Of a stretch of DNA of 64,000 bases, positions 8,901-17,516 are shown in pieces; positions within the stretch are counted from its first letter, which is position 1, and the number at the start of each line of letters is the position of its first letter. Source of the DNA: Monocercomonoides exilis PA203 (Eukaryota; Protista; Preaxostyla). Under the pieces are notes generated by a model. The model worked only from the letters and a program-made list of their open reading frames with translations. It was not told the origin of the DNA and ran no database searches. Where the stretch lies: the NCBI GenBank assembly GCA_001643675.2, contig LSRY02000034.1:248001-312000 (forward strand), written 5' to 3'. The translations under genes were made by a program, and so were the position numbers.

Positions 8901-11565
8901 CCCTAGCACTTCCTCGTTTAAGATTCTGCAATCCAGAATCTTCCTCCACTTCCCATTCTTCTTCCGGACCATAAATGTCGGGTTGAACCACTTTACCTCC
9001 GACTCCTGTATGGGTTTCACCACTCCTTCCTTCAATTCCTCCTCTAAAAGGGACACATAATTGTTTGTCATCTCTGTTGTTCCCCGAAACTCTTGTCTGT
9101 GCCTTCTCTCCTCGAGTGAAATTGGGGATTGGGGATCTTTCCATCGGGCTTTTATACCACGGCTCACTAGTTTGTCCCCCCCAATCTTCCTCCACTCGTT
9201 CAGCCTGTTCACTAGTCTCCCAGGGAGTGGCTCCTTCGGTGGTCCCACTGCTGCGCAACTCCTCACTTCTGGTGTCCTTTGACCAGTCTGGATCTGTGCG
9301 GTCTCTTTCCCTTCGAGAGTATCTGCAGTAGCTATCTTCCAGCTCTCCTCCAGGGCGCTCCCAATTAGGGACTCGATAACAGTCCCAGAAGCTCTCCAGA
9401 CTTTCTTCACTACCTCCCTCTCGGGTTCCTGATCGTTCACCTGTTCTGTCCCGTGGGGATATACGGAGTCTTCCTCTGTGTTCTCTCTCCCTGTTCCCAT
9501 CTCGCGATCTATCGAGCTTTCTATATCTATCCTCTTCTTTTGGTCGGATGGGCTCAGTGCCTCTTCGTTGCTCTCGCAGACTTCCAAGGGTTCCTCCCCT
9601 GTGCTTGTCTGTCGATTGATTGGGACCTCCCGTAGTACTGTCATTCCCCTGAACTCTGACAGCATCATGTCCGTCCCTGTCTCGCGGCGAAGCGCGGCTC
9701 TCTCTTCCCTCTCTGTCTCGCGGCAAAGCGCGGCTCTCTCTTCTCTCTCTGTCTCGCGGCGAAGCGCGGCTCTCTCTTCTCTCTCTGTCTCGCGGCAAAG
9801 CGCGGCTCTCTCTTCTCTCTCTGTCTCGCGGCGAAGCGCGGCTCTCTCTTCTCTCTCTGTCTCGCGGCAAAGCGCGGCTCTCTCTTCTCTCTCTGTCTCG
9901 CGGCAAAGCGCGGCTCTCTCTTCTCTCTCTGTCTCGCGGCGAAGCGCGGCTCTCTCTTCTCTCTCTGTCTCGCGGCAAAGCGCGGCTCTCTCTTCTCTCT
10001 CTGTCTCGCGGCGAAGCGCGGCTCTCTCTTCTCTCTCTGTCTCGCGGCAAAGCGCGGCTCTCTCTTCTCTCTCTGTCTCGCGGCGAAGCGCGGCTCTCTC
10101 TTCTCTCTCTGTCTCGCGGCGAAGCGCGGCTCTCTTCTCTCTCTGTCTCGCGGCGAAGCGCGGCTCTCTCTTCTCTCTCTGTCTCGCGGCAAAGCGCGGC
10201 TCTCTCTTCTCTCTCTGTCTCGCGGCAAAGCGCGGCTCTCTCTTCTCTCTCTGTCTCGCGGCGAAGCGCGGCTCTCTCTTCTCTCTCTGTCTCGCGGCAA
10301 AGCGCGGCTCTCTCTTCTCTCTCTGTCTCGCGGCAAAGCGCGGCTCTCTCTTCTCTCTCTGTCTCGCGGCGAAGCGCGGCTCTCTCTTCTCTCTCTGTCT
10401 CGCGGCGAAGCGCGGCTCTCTCTTCTCTCTCTGTCTCGCGGCAAAGCGCGGCTCTCTCTTCTCTCTCTGTCTCGCGGCGAAGCGCGGCTCTCTCTTCTCT
10501 CTCTGTCTCGCGGCAAAGCGCGGCTCTCTCTTCTCTCTCTGTCTCGCGGCAAAGCGCGGCTCTCTCTTCTCTCTCTGTCTCGCGGCGAAGCGCGGCTCTC
10601 TCTTCTCTGTCTCGCGGCAAAGCGCGGCTCTCTCTTCTCTCTCTGTCTCGCGGCAAAGCGCGGCTCTCTCTTCTCTCTCTGTCTCGCGGCGAAGCGCGGC
10701 TCTCTCTTCTCTCTCTGTCTCGCGGCAAAGCGCGGCTCTCTCTTCTCTCTCTGTCTCGCGGCGAAGCGCGGCTCTCTCTTCTCTCTCTGTCTCGCGGCAA
10801 AGCGCGGCTCTCTCTTCTCTCTCTGTCTCGCGGCGAAGCGCGGCTCTCTCTTCTCTCTCTGTCTCGCGGCAAAGCGCGGCTCTCTCTTCTCTCTCTGTCT
10901 CGCGGCAAAGCGCGGCTCTCTCTTCTCTCTCTGTCTCGCGGCGAAGCGCGGCTCTCTCTTCTCTCTCTGTCTCGCGGCAAAGCGCGGCTCTCTCTTCTCT
11001 CTCTGTCTCGCGGCAAAGCGCGGCTCTCTCTTCTCTCTCTGTCTCGCGGCGAAGCGCGGCTCTCTCTTCTCTCTCTGTCTCGCGGCAAAGCGCGGCTCTC
11101 TCTTCTCTCTCTGTCTCGCGGCGAAGCGCGGCTCTCTCTTCTCTCTCTGTCTCGCGGCAAAGCGCGGCTCTCTCTTCTCTCTCTGTCTCGCGGCGAAGCG
11201 CGGCTCTCTCTTCTCTCTCTGTCTCGCGGCGAGCTGCGACCTCCTTCCACCTCGCTTCTTCTAGGTCCATTGGCTCGTTCCAGTGGCTGTTCCTGCTGTT
11301 GATTCTCCCTGTATCCTCGGGGGAGCTGGAGGAAGGGGGACTGTGAACGAGGGAGCTCTCCCAGCTGTTGCTGGGGCCTGTTGCGGTCGAGTTTGTGTTG
11401 ACCTCCTTCTTTGTTTGAAATTTGTAAAGCTCCCATCGAAACCTTGCTTTTGGAATTGTCTGTAGACAAAGCCCTGGGTATTCCTGCCCGTTCAGTATCA
11501 TCTTGAGCGTTCACTCCTGACTGGGGCGAGGCCGAAGGTTGTGGAAGAGACGGGGGATGCTCCAA
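5949..11565 (-). CDS. DIRS tyrosine recombinase ORF, long and overlapping the RT ORF, with one frameshift at the A5 run 6862-6866
   Basis: The C-terminal part (5949-6857) has YR catalytic motifs: LRPAEL (R), TKT (K), YSIRHA (H/YxxR), ARW (W) and QEYY (Y). The upstream stop-free frame 6793-11565 ends in the DIRS-like RYKSMWDL...LQRRAL. Deleting one T gives RRALILTMIFGALRPAEL. Confidence 0.85.
7302..11501 (-). CDS. DIRS pol-like ORF: N-terminal 12-aa repeats, reverse transcriptase, RNase H, degenerate N6-adenine methylase-like tail
   Basis: RT motifs: KWRKILDCRILN, TLDISSAYQHV, GMPFG, VIYLDDILL, FLG. RNase H motifs: LTTDASELGW, INEKE, TDN, HLPGEQNTEADALSR. The tail VHPFLRNI...LILPAWRGQTWTPLL resembles the DIRS1 MT domain. 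Confidence 0.95.
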   Translation of the reverse strand: MILNGQEYPGLCLQTIPKARFRWELYKFQTKKEVNTNSTATGPSNSWESSLVHSPPSSSSPEDTGRINSRNSHWNEPMDLEEARWKEVAARRETEREERAALRRETEREERAALCRETEREERAALRRETEREERAALCRETEREERAALRRETEREERAALCRETEREERAALCRETEREERAALRRETEREERAALCRETEREERAALCRETEREERAALRRETEREERAALCRETEREERAALRRETEREERAALCRETEREERAALRRETEREERAALCRETEREERAALCRETEKREPRFAARQREKREPRFAARQREKREPRFAARQREKREPRFAARQREKREPRFAARQREKREPRFAARQREKREPRFAARQREKREPRFAARQREKREPRFAARQREKREPRFAARQREKREPRFAARQREKREPRFAARQREKREPRFAARQREKRAALRRETEREERAALRRETEREERAALCRETEREERAALRRETEREERAALCRETEREERAALRRETEREERAALCRETEREERAALCRETEREERAALRRETEREERAALCRETEREERAALRRETEREERAALCRETEREERAALRRETGTDMMLSEFRGMTVLREVPINRQTSTGEEPLEVCESNEEALSPSDQKKRIDIESSIDREMGTGRENTEEDSVYPHGTEQVNDQEPEREVVKKVWRASGTVIESLIGSALEESWKIATADTLEGKETAQIQTGQRTPEVRSCAAVGPPKEPLPGRLVNRLNEWRKIGGDKLVSRGIKARWKDPQSPISLEERRHRQEFRGTTEMTNNYVSLLEEELKEGVVKPIQESEVKWFNPTFMVRKKNGKWRKILDCRILNEEVLGKHFKMDSQETVVELLEENDWMTTLDISSAYQHVKVDEQFSPFLCFSFQRQCYTYVGMPFGAKDAPRVFTKIMRRAASYIREYWKVKLVIYLDDILLMHPDRDALRSISQEIAQFLRNLGWRHSEEKLKLEPTSGVEFLGWLWNSEKMEVTLQERKRVLLLKDVQKWIAHARKRRRQKTRDLAALLGRLNFVRLQHPPASLWMKRMQYVLRHAIARGGWNGTVIPNPMMLGELTHWRKTLRENRPRSLRRRNRPAELTTDASELGWCAVLTIPTENKEEKIYVHGSWTLQESALAINEKESRAVLRTLERKGAWLKEQKIDHIRLKTDNMSTRWTIQKKRGAPSLIPTLRALEKKLNSLDLTIQTEHLPGEQNTEADALSRMAKKPDYALKGEKVAEILQSIAPRTLDTISEQIAPVPCGSTWRLSSMRRKREEGTPEDDIVLVHPFLRNIGRVMKEKMNEAQRNLTILILPAWRGQTWTPLLQPGHLTKTLGTFQECMTPGTKMRREGWKLPPGEVISVILEKRIFRGETSS
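9677..11231. repeat. 36-bp coding minisatellite, ~43 units, two alleles
   Basis: Unit is tctctcttctctctctgtctcgcggc(a/g)aagcgcggc. Two shortened units occur near 10131 (-2 nt) and 10605 (-4 nt). Confidence 0.97.
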
Positions 11566-12514
11566 ACCCTGGAGCGTCCCCCCCTGGACGAAAAAAGCTG
11601 GTGCTATCCACCAGTCTCCTGAAACTCTCTGGGATGTCCTTGGACATTCCCCCGTCCAGAAAACACTTCACGTTCTCCCAGCTTGACTGAGGGATAACTT
11701 TCAGCAAGTTTATGCGGCTAATACAGTCTGCTATTAAAGCGTACGCGCAAAAGAGCCCCCTCAGTCGCTCTTTCTCTTCTTCCTCTAGGCGCGTCTTTTT
11801 CAATTCTCTTGTAGTGAGGGCTGCAATCGCCTTCGCGGCTTCAAACCCCGATTCCAAGGCGGGCTGAAGCAGCTCGATAACCCGAGCGGCTTCTGGAGAG
11901 TCTTTTCTTCCCTCAGCAGTTACCCCCGTCACTGCTAAGGCGTTCCAACTGATGTCAGTGTGTCTTGTAAAAAAGTTCTTCTCCGTCTCCGGGATAAAAG
12001 TGTTCAGGATATCATCATTTATTCTGATAGATCCGGCTTTGCAAAAGTCCATGAATCTCTTCAGTTCTCCTGCTCGTCTCCTAGGCGTTAACCATTCGTC
12101 TGGGAAAATTCCCAAGAAATCTTCGGATCTATCTTGCTCTTCTTCCCGCTTTTCTGTGTTTTCGGAATCGCTCTCGCTGGTTTCTACATCGTCCCATTTC
12201 TTCATCTGGTTACGTCCGCGACTGCCCCTCAATCGCTGTCTGTGTCTCTTCTTTGCGATCATCTCTGTGTCATCAGATTCGGGCTCAGATTCGCTTGATC
12301 TCGATAGAGATCTTCCTCTTGGTCGTTCCCTCTTCGTCTTTCTCATTGGTAATATTCCTACTGCTCCCGAGCGGCTCGGAACTGCTCGGCTTCTCGCCAT
12401 TTCCTCAATCAAATTTTCTTCTCTTGAAAGTCTAATTGCAAGATCAAATCCTCTGTCCTCGCTGTCACTGGATTCCACTCTAACAGGATCTTGTGTCATT
12501 ATTACTGCGGACAA
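11498..12514 (-). CDS. DIRS ORF1 (gag-like by position)
   Basis: A 338-aa ORF that starts 120 nt inside the element's 5' end. Its TGA overlaps the ATG of the RT ORF (ATGA at 11501-11498). No CCHC knuckle is visible, so the assignment is positional. Confidence 0.75.
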   Translation of the reverse strand: MSAVIMTQDPVRVESSDSEDRGFDLAIRLSREENLIEEMARSRAVPSRSGAVGILPMRKTKRERPRGRSLSRSSESEPESDDTEMIAKKRHRQRLRGSRGRNQMKKWDDVETSESDSENTEKREEEQDRSEDFLGIFPDEWLTPRRRAGELKRFMDFCKAGSIRINDDILNTFIPETEKNFFTRHTDISWNALAVTGVTAEGRKDSPEAARVIELLQPALESGFEAAKAIAALTTRELKKTRLEEEEKERLRGLFCAYALIADCISRINLLKVIPQSSWENVKCFLDGGMSKDIPESFRRLVDSTSFFRPGGDAPGFGASPVSSTTFGLAPVRSERSR

Positions 12515-12556
12515 TGGTGTGTAAGAAAGGTTTATTTGTTAGCGAAGTTTGATCTT

Positions 12557-12600
12557 AAACCACCCATAATTTAAGATCAAACTAATTATTGAGGAGCAAA
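12557..12600. repeat. DIRS inverted terminal repeat (5' end of element)
   Basis: Partner of 5106-5149. It overlaps a perfect 14-bp hairpin at 12546-12583. Confidence 0.95.
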
Positions 12601-14297
12601 CCTGCTCCTTGCGTTCGTATATTCGCTTTATTGCGAATTCGAATACATTTTTACAATAGAATTGTTCAACAAAATGCACAAAATGATTGTGGAAAAGAAG
12701 CTTTTGATGAATGACGCACTCGTGCTGTTGAAACACTTTGGATATAACAGGATATTGAAATTCTCGCAGATTTATGGAATTGAAGAATCTTCGTTTAACG
12801 AAAGATTTGAGGAGATGATCATAGATGAAGACATGAAAAAGAAAGAAAAGGATGAAAAACTGCTTATTGATCTGATTGAATGCTTTCTTTTGCTTAAAAA
12901 CCGGTTCAATTCGAAATTGTTTTCAATTTGTGTTCCCTGTCTTCTGAAAGTTGCATTGAAAAAAGAGGGAAACGAGGAAACACAAAAAGAAGTGGAAATG
13001 GCTTTATTGGCTTTGAGCCACATTTTTGGAGTTAATGCATGAGCATTCCTATTTTCTTTTAAATTAATCAATATTTTCTTATTTATAATATCAGCCAATC
13101 GAGAAAGAACTTTATTCGAATGGACTAAAAGAGATCATGAAAAATCATCAGGAACATCACAATCTGACACAACTTGCCTATCAATCAGCTTGGCAGTTTT
13201 TAATTAACAGATTTTTCAAAGACGAAGACTTGGAAATAGTTATTATGAATGAACTGCATTTGGCAAAAGAGGCTGCAAGAGAATTGGATGAACTGTCAAA
13301 ATGTGTGGTTTGGAAGAGAAAAGAAGAAGAGAATGAAAAGAGAAGAAAAGAAACGAAAGAAGAGCTTATTTTGAGAAGATGGATCCATGTTATTCAATAT
13401 TATTTTTCCTTTTCTGAGTGCAGATTGTGGAATGAAGAATTTGTTGGGCTTTTCAGCAACATTGTGAGTATTTTTCGAGTATCAAGGGATAATTTTGAAG
13501 AAATTCCCAATCAATGCATTCGTTCATTAATAGATGCAGTTAAAAGAAGAACCGTGAAGATTTGTGACTTTCTGAAAAGTGGAGCTGTTGATCCCATTTT
13601 GAAGGAGATTCAGCGGTCAACATTGAAAGATGAAATGGCAAGAAATAACTTGCATTTCTTTTTAAGTGTTTCATATCGATTGAAAGAAAAGGAGAAAGAT
13701 AAAAAGGAAGAAGCGAAAAGAAAAGAGATGAAAAGAAAAGTGTTTGAAAAGATGGAAGAAGAAGGATACGAAGATATCATCATCTGGCTGTGCCATTATA
13801 TTTGTCGCGGTGTATTTGGCGATTTTCATTTGATAAAGTATTGTTCTAATTATTTTGTGTTTTTATAATTTTTTTGCATAAACATTCACTTCATCTTTTT
13901 GCATTTCCATTTTGTTATTTTTTGTGCAGAATACTCATTCACTCAACAAAATAACAGTCATGATTTGCAAAATAGATGAAAGTGCTTTTTCAAAAAATAT
14001 CAAGAATTTACAAGAAAAATGAACATTTGAAAAAAAAGAACATCATCAAAAATAAGAAATAAGAAATGAAAAACAAAAGAATCAAGCTTGTTGAATTTTT
14101 CTATGTGCTTTGTGAAAAGAAATATTTTCAACTTCAAAAATACAATCCAATATTCGCAAAACTCATTCAATAAATAAATTTCTGGGCTTTCAAAGCTTAC
14201 AATTTCAAAACAAAATAATGGAGCATAAGGAGCACTGGTTAGTTATTTCACAGTCCATCAGATATTTGAGTTACAAAGTGAAATTCCTCTTATTTCT

Positions 14298-15607
14298 TCA
14301 GATATTCACAAAATAATCTGAAATATTCAAATATATGTCAAAATTTCCATATTTTTCTTTCAGAAAATTAAGTATTTTATGAATGCTTGCAATGATTTGT
14401 TCGTATCCTTCTTCCTCCATCCTTTCAAACACTTTCCTTTTCAGTTCTTTTCTTTTTTCTTCTTCCATTTCGTTGTCCAACGCTTCTTTCATTCGATTTG
14501 CAATTGCAATGAAAAATTTCAAGAAATCAAATGCTATATTGTTATATAATGTTGGCCGTTGAATTCCCTCTAAAATAGCATCAATTGCTCTTCCTTTCAG
14601 CAAGTGTTCAACTCTCACATCTCTATTTTCTGTTGCATTTCTTAATGAACAAATGCACCAATTGCTAATTTCTTTGTTATTTTCTCTTGCTGCTCGACAC
14701 ACATGAGCAACGCTTCCTAAAAGCTCAGCAATTTCTTCATTCCAAAACCGACAGCAATCAAAGAAATCGTACAATTTGCCGAACCATCTCTTGATTAAAA
14801 AGCACTTCTTTCGCTTCCTTTCCTCCATTTTCCTCTTTTTTTCTCTCCTTATTCACGCACTTTGTCAGCTTTTCCAGTTCTCTTGCAGCCTCTCTCAAAA
14901 AATGCAGCTCATCCACAATAACTTCCTCCAAGCTTTTATCATTGTTCAATCTGTCTATCAAAAATCTCCAAGCTGATTGATATGCGAGTCGCGTCAAATT
15001 GTGATGCTCCTGATGATATTTCAAAATCTCTTTGATCTCATTCAAATATTGTTCTTAATTGATGTCCTTGTTTGAAAAAATTAGAAAAAAAATCAATTGT
15101 TAAAAAAAAGGAAATAGATATGCACAAACTTGAATGATATCGATACACCTCAAAGCCAGCAAGGCCAATTCAGTTTCTTTTCTCTTCTCTTCACTTTCCT
15201 CCTTGTTCATTGCAGCTTTCAAAAAGTGATGCAAACAAATCACCAGCAGATCGTTGCTGATTAAAACATATCTTGGGTACCAAAATAAAAAGTGTTCATA
15301 AAGATTAATCAATTGTTTCTCATCCTTTCCCTCTTTTTTCTTTCCCATTCTCGTTTCCAACATGCTTCAGCAACATGAGGGATTTTTCAAAAGGATAATT
15401 GTTCAATTCAATCAATTTGTTATTATCATCAAATTCTTCTTTCGAGAAAAAATGTTTCAATTCTTCTTTATCCATATTCTTCGGCATTCCGTTCATCTCC
15501 TCCTTCAGCAGAATTTTCTCTTCTTCTGCAAAATCTATTCCAGGAAACATTTCTTTTGCAAAAAAATCAGAAATCAATTGCAATTTCCCCTCCTTTGATA
15601 GAATCAA
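14298..15607 (-). pseudogene. Orphan expanded-family gene, copy 2, frameshifted
   Basis: The same motifs (KAAMNKEESEEKRKETELALLAL, HQEHHNLTRLAYQSAWRFL, FERMEEEGYE) are split over four ORFs with frame changes near 15340 and 14825. These lie close to homopolymers, so sequencing error is possible. Confidence 0.75.
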
Positions 15608-17516
15608 ATGAACACACCAAAATACTCCTCTGTGCCTTCCATCTCCAGTATCTTTTCACAAAGATAATGCAACCAGCAGGAATCAATACTTTGCCGTTTT
15701 CAATAAAACAAAGGAATAAAAAACAGAAAAAATGGATGAAGCATAAGTATTGATAACGGAAGTGAAAAAAATCATAGTTCAAACTACTCCTTTCTATTTA
15801 AAAATTAAGACGAGAAAATTTGGAGAAAAGAAAAGATTAATCTAATAAGAAGAATACTTATGGTTGTCAAGTTCAAAAAAACATTTTTGAAAATTGAAAT
15901 TATTCATCTGTAAAATGTGCAATTAACACACGTTGCTTATCGTCGAGTTTCAGAAATTGTATTCATCCCGAGTCGTATTGAACCGATAGACAAGAAATAT
16001 TTTTTGCATTTGAAAGGGAAATCAAAAGTTATTGCAGAGTCTATGACCATGCAAGAAAAAAAGTTGAAAGACCATTAAAGGAGGCTCGAAGATTCGTTGT
16101 TCTGCTTTATAATGAAGATGTTTCTGTCAACCACTTCCTTTTGCCATTATAACCTTTCAAATAACTGAAATGATCAATTCTTGCTTCACAGAGTCCAATA
16201 TTGTGGACTGGAGTTGAACATTGTGGAGAAACAAGTTAATATGAGAAATTGAACAAGCTTTATCCACTTCTCATAACATTATGTTTGAATGGAAGATGGA
16301 AGAATGGAAAATGAAGTATTTGTTGATGAACTCCAGAGTTATAGAATCCCATGAAAAAGGATAGTTTCCTTATATTGAAGAGTATGTCACATTTTCCTGA
16401 ACTCAAAAACGATGGAAATTTCCCTCTTTTGTTCTTTCTTCCTGAAAATAGAGAATTCGAGAAAACATGCAAACTCAATTCCAAAGCTGCGGATGAAATG
16501 CATGCATTTTTCACGACACAACCTGCATTTCAATTCAATATCGTTTGCATCCTTTCAATCTTCCTATTTTTTCATTTCTTTTTGTCCATATTCATCATGT
16601 TTTTACTTATTTCTTCCTCTTTTCTGTTTGCCAACTGTGTTCCTAGCACTCTTTGTTTTCATTCTCTTATCAATAATCATTACACACATTGAGAGTTTTC
16701 GCTAGACTGATTGGGTGAATGTTTTGCATTGTTTTCGTTTCAGCTGCCATTCCAATGAACATCTGTTATCTATTCAGTGAAACAAGAATAACCGGAGGAA
16801 GACTGGATAAAATCAGTGAATTTTTTGTGAAATGGATTTTTGAAGGTGTCAGAAGAGCATCGAAAATAATCGAATGAAGAATGATAACAAATGGTTAGGT
16901 CAGCACTTGAAGACGTAATGGCCCAAGCATAGGCATCCGGGGGGAAATATTAAAATATACAGTCCTTTCTTCTAGTGAATACGATGTGTCTTTGATTTTT
17001 TGTTTGCGGTTTATTTTGCATATTTTATTTTTTGTTAATAAAAAAATAATAAATTTTGAATTTGTCTATCAAAGCCATATCTCCTGTCTGTTGTTGAGAT
17101 TTTCTTCACCAACTTCTTCACGCACATATCTTCAATCCTAATCTCATTCTTATTTTATTATCTACATTTAGCTCATTGAAGTCGATGTTCGATGGAAAAT
17201 AATGAAAGAATCTGAATGGATATCGGTCATCTTGCAAGAATGGGGAATAGGATGATGAAAAATAATGCCAGAATACCAAATATACTCAAATCCATTAGTC
17301 AGCTGTGAGAAAGAGGCGAAATAGTCAATTCATTTGGAGACGGCTTTTGATGAAGAAAAGAAAACAACACAAATTCTGAATATTTCTTTTTTCATTGCCA
17401 TGTTGCGTTTCGAAGAAATAAAAAGAAGTGCTGCTTTTATCCAAAACCATAAAAGATTACAAAATTCCAATAAAAGAATCAATTTTTGAATTTCAAAACT
17501 CGTGGTTTTTTTTCCC

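Larger units (their letters stand above)
5084..12639 (-). mobile_element. DIRS1-type tyrosine-recombinase retrotransposon, full length
   Basis: Contains RT, RNase H and YR ORFs. Inverted terminal repeats are 5106-5149 and 12557-12600 (44 bp, 1 mismatch). The internal complementary region 5750-5838 matches both outer ends. GAATT is present at both junctions (5079-5083, 12635-12639). Confidence 0.95.
4854..13868 (+). pseudogene. Orphan expanded-family gene, copy 1, interrupted in exon 2 by the DIRS element
   Basis: ATG at 4854 and an intron at ~4924-4986. Removing 5084-12639 restores an in-frame ...LFSLLEHCPESEQKQKIEEMNEIVDEMNMKEF|EYIFTIELFNKMHKMI, collinear with copy 3 (LFSELEHCKKDEQKQNILEMNELINKMNKDELSSIFSKEIFNRMGKMI). 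Family motifs are KVALKKE..EETQKEVEMALLALS, HQEHHNLTQLAYQSAWQFL and EKMEEEGYED. A second intron lies at ~13031-13094. Confidence 0.85.

Noticed and set aside
9677-11231. CRISPR array (36-bp repeat next to an RT)
   Set aside because: The units are head-to-tail with no unique spacers, there are no cas genes, and the context is eukaryotic.
9478-11346. 622-aa plus-strand ORF and 295-aa third-frame ORF as genes
   Set aside because: Both are explained by the stop-free repeat unit and have no independent domain content.
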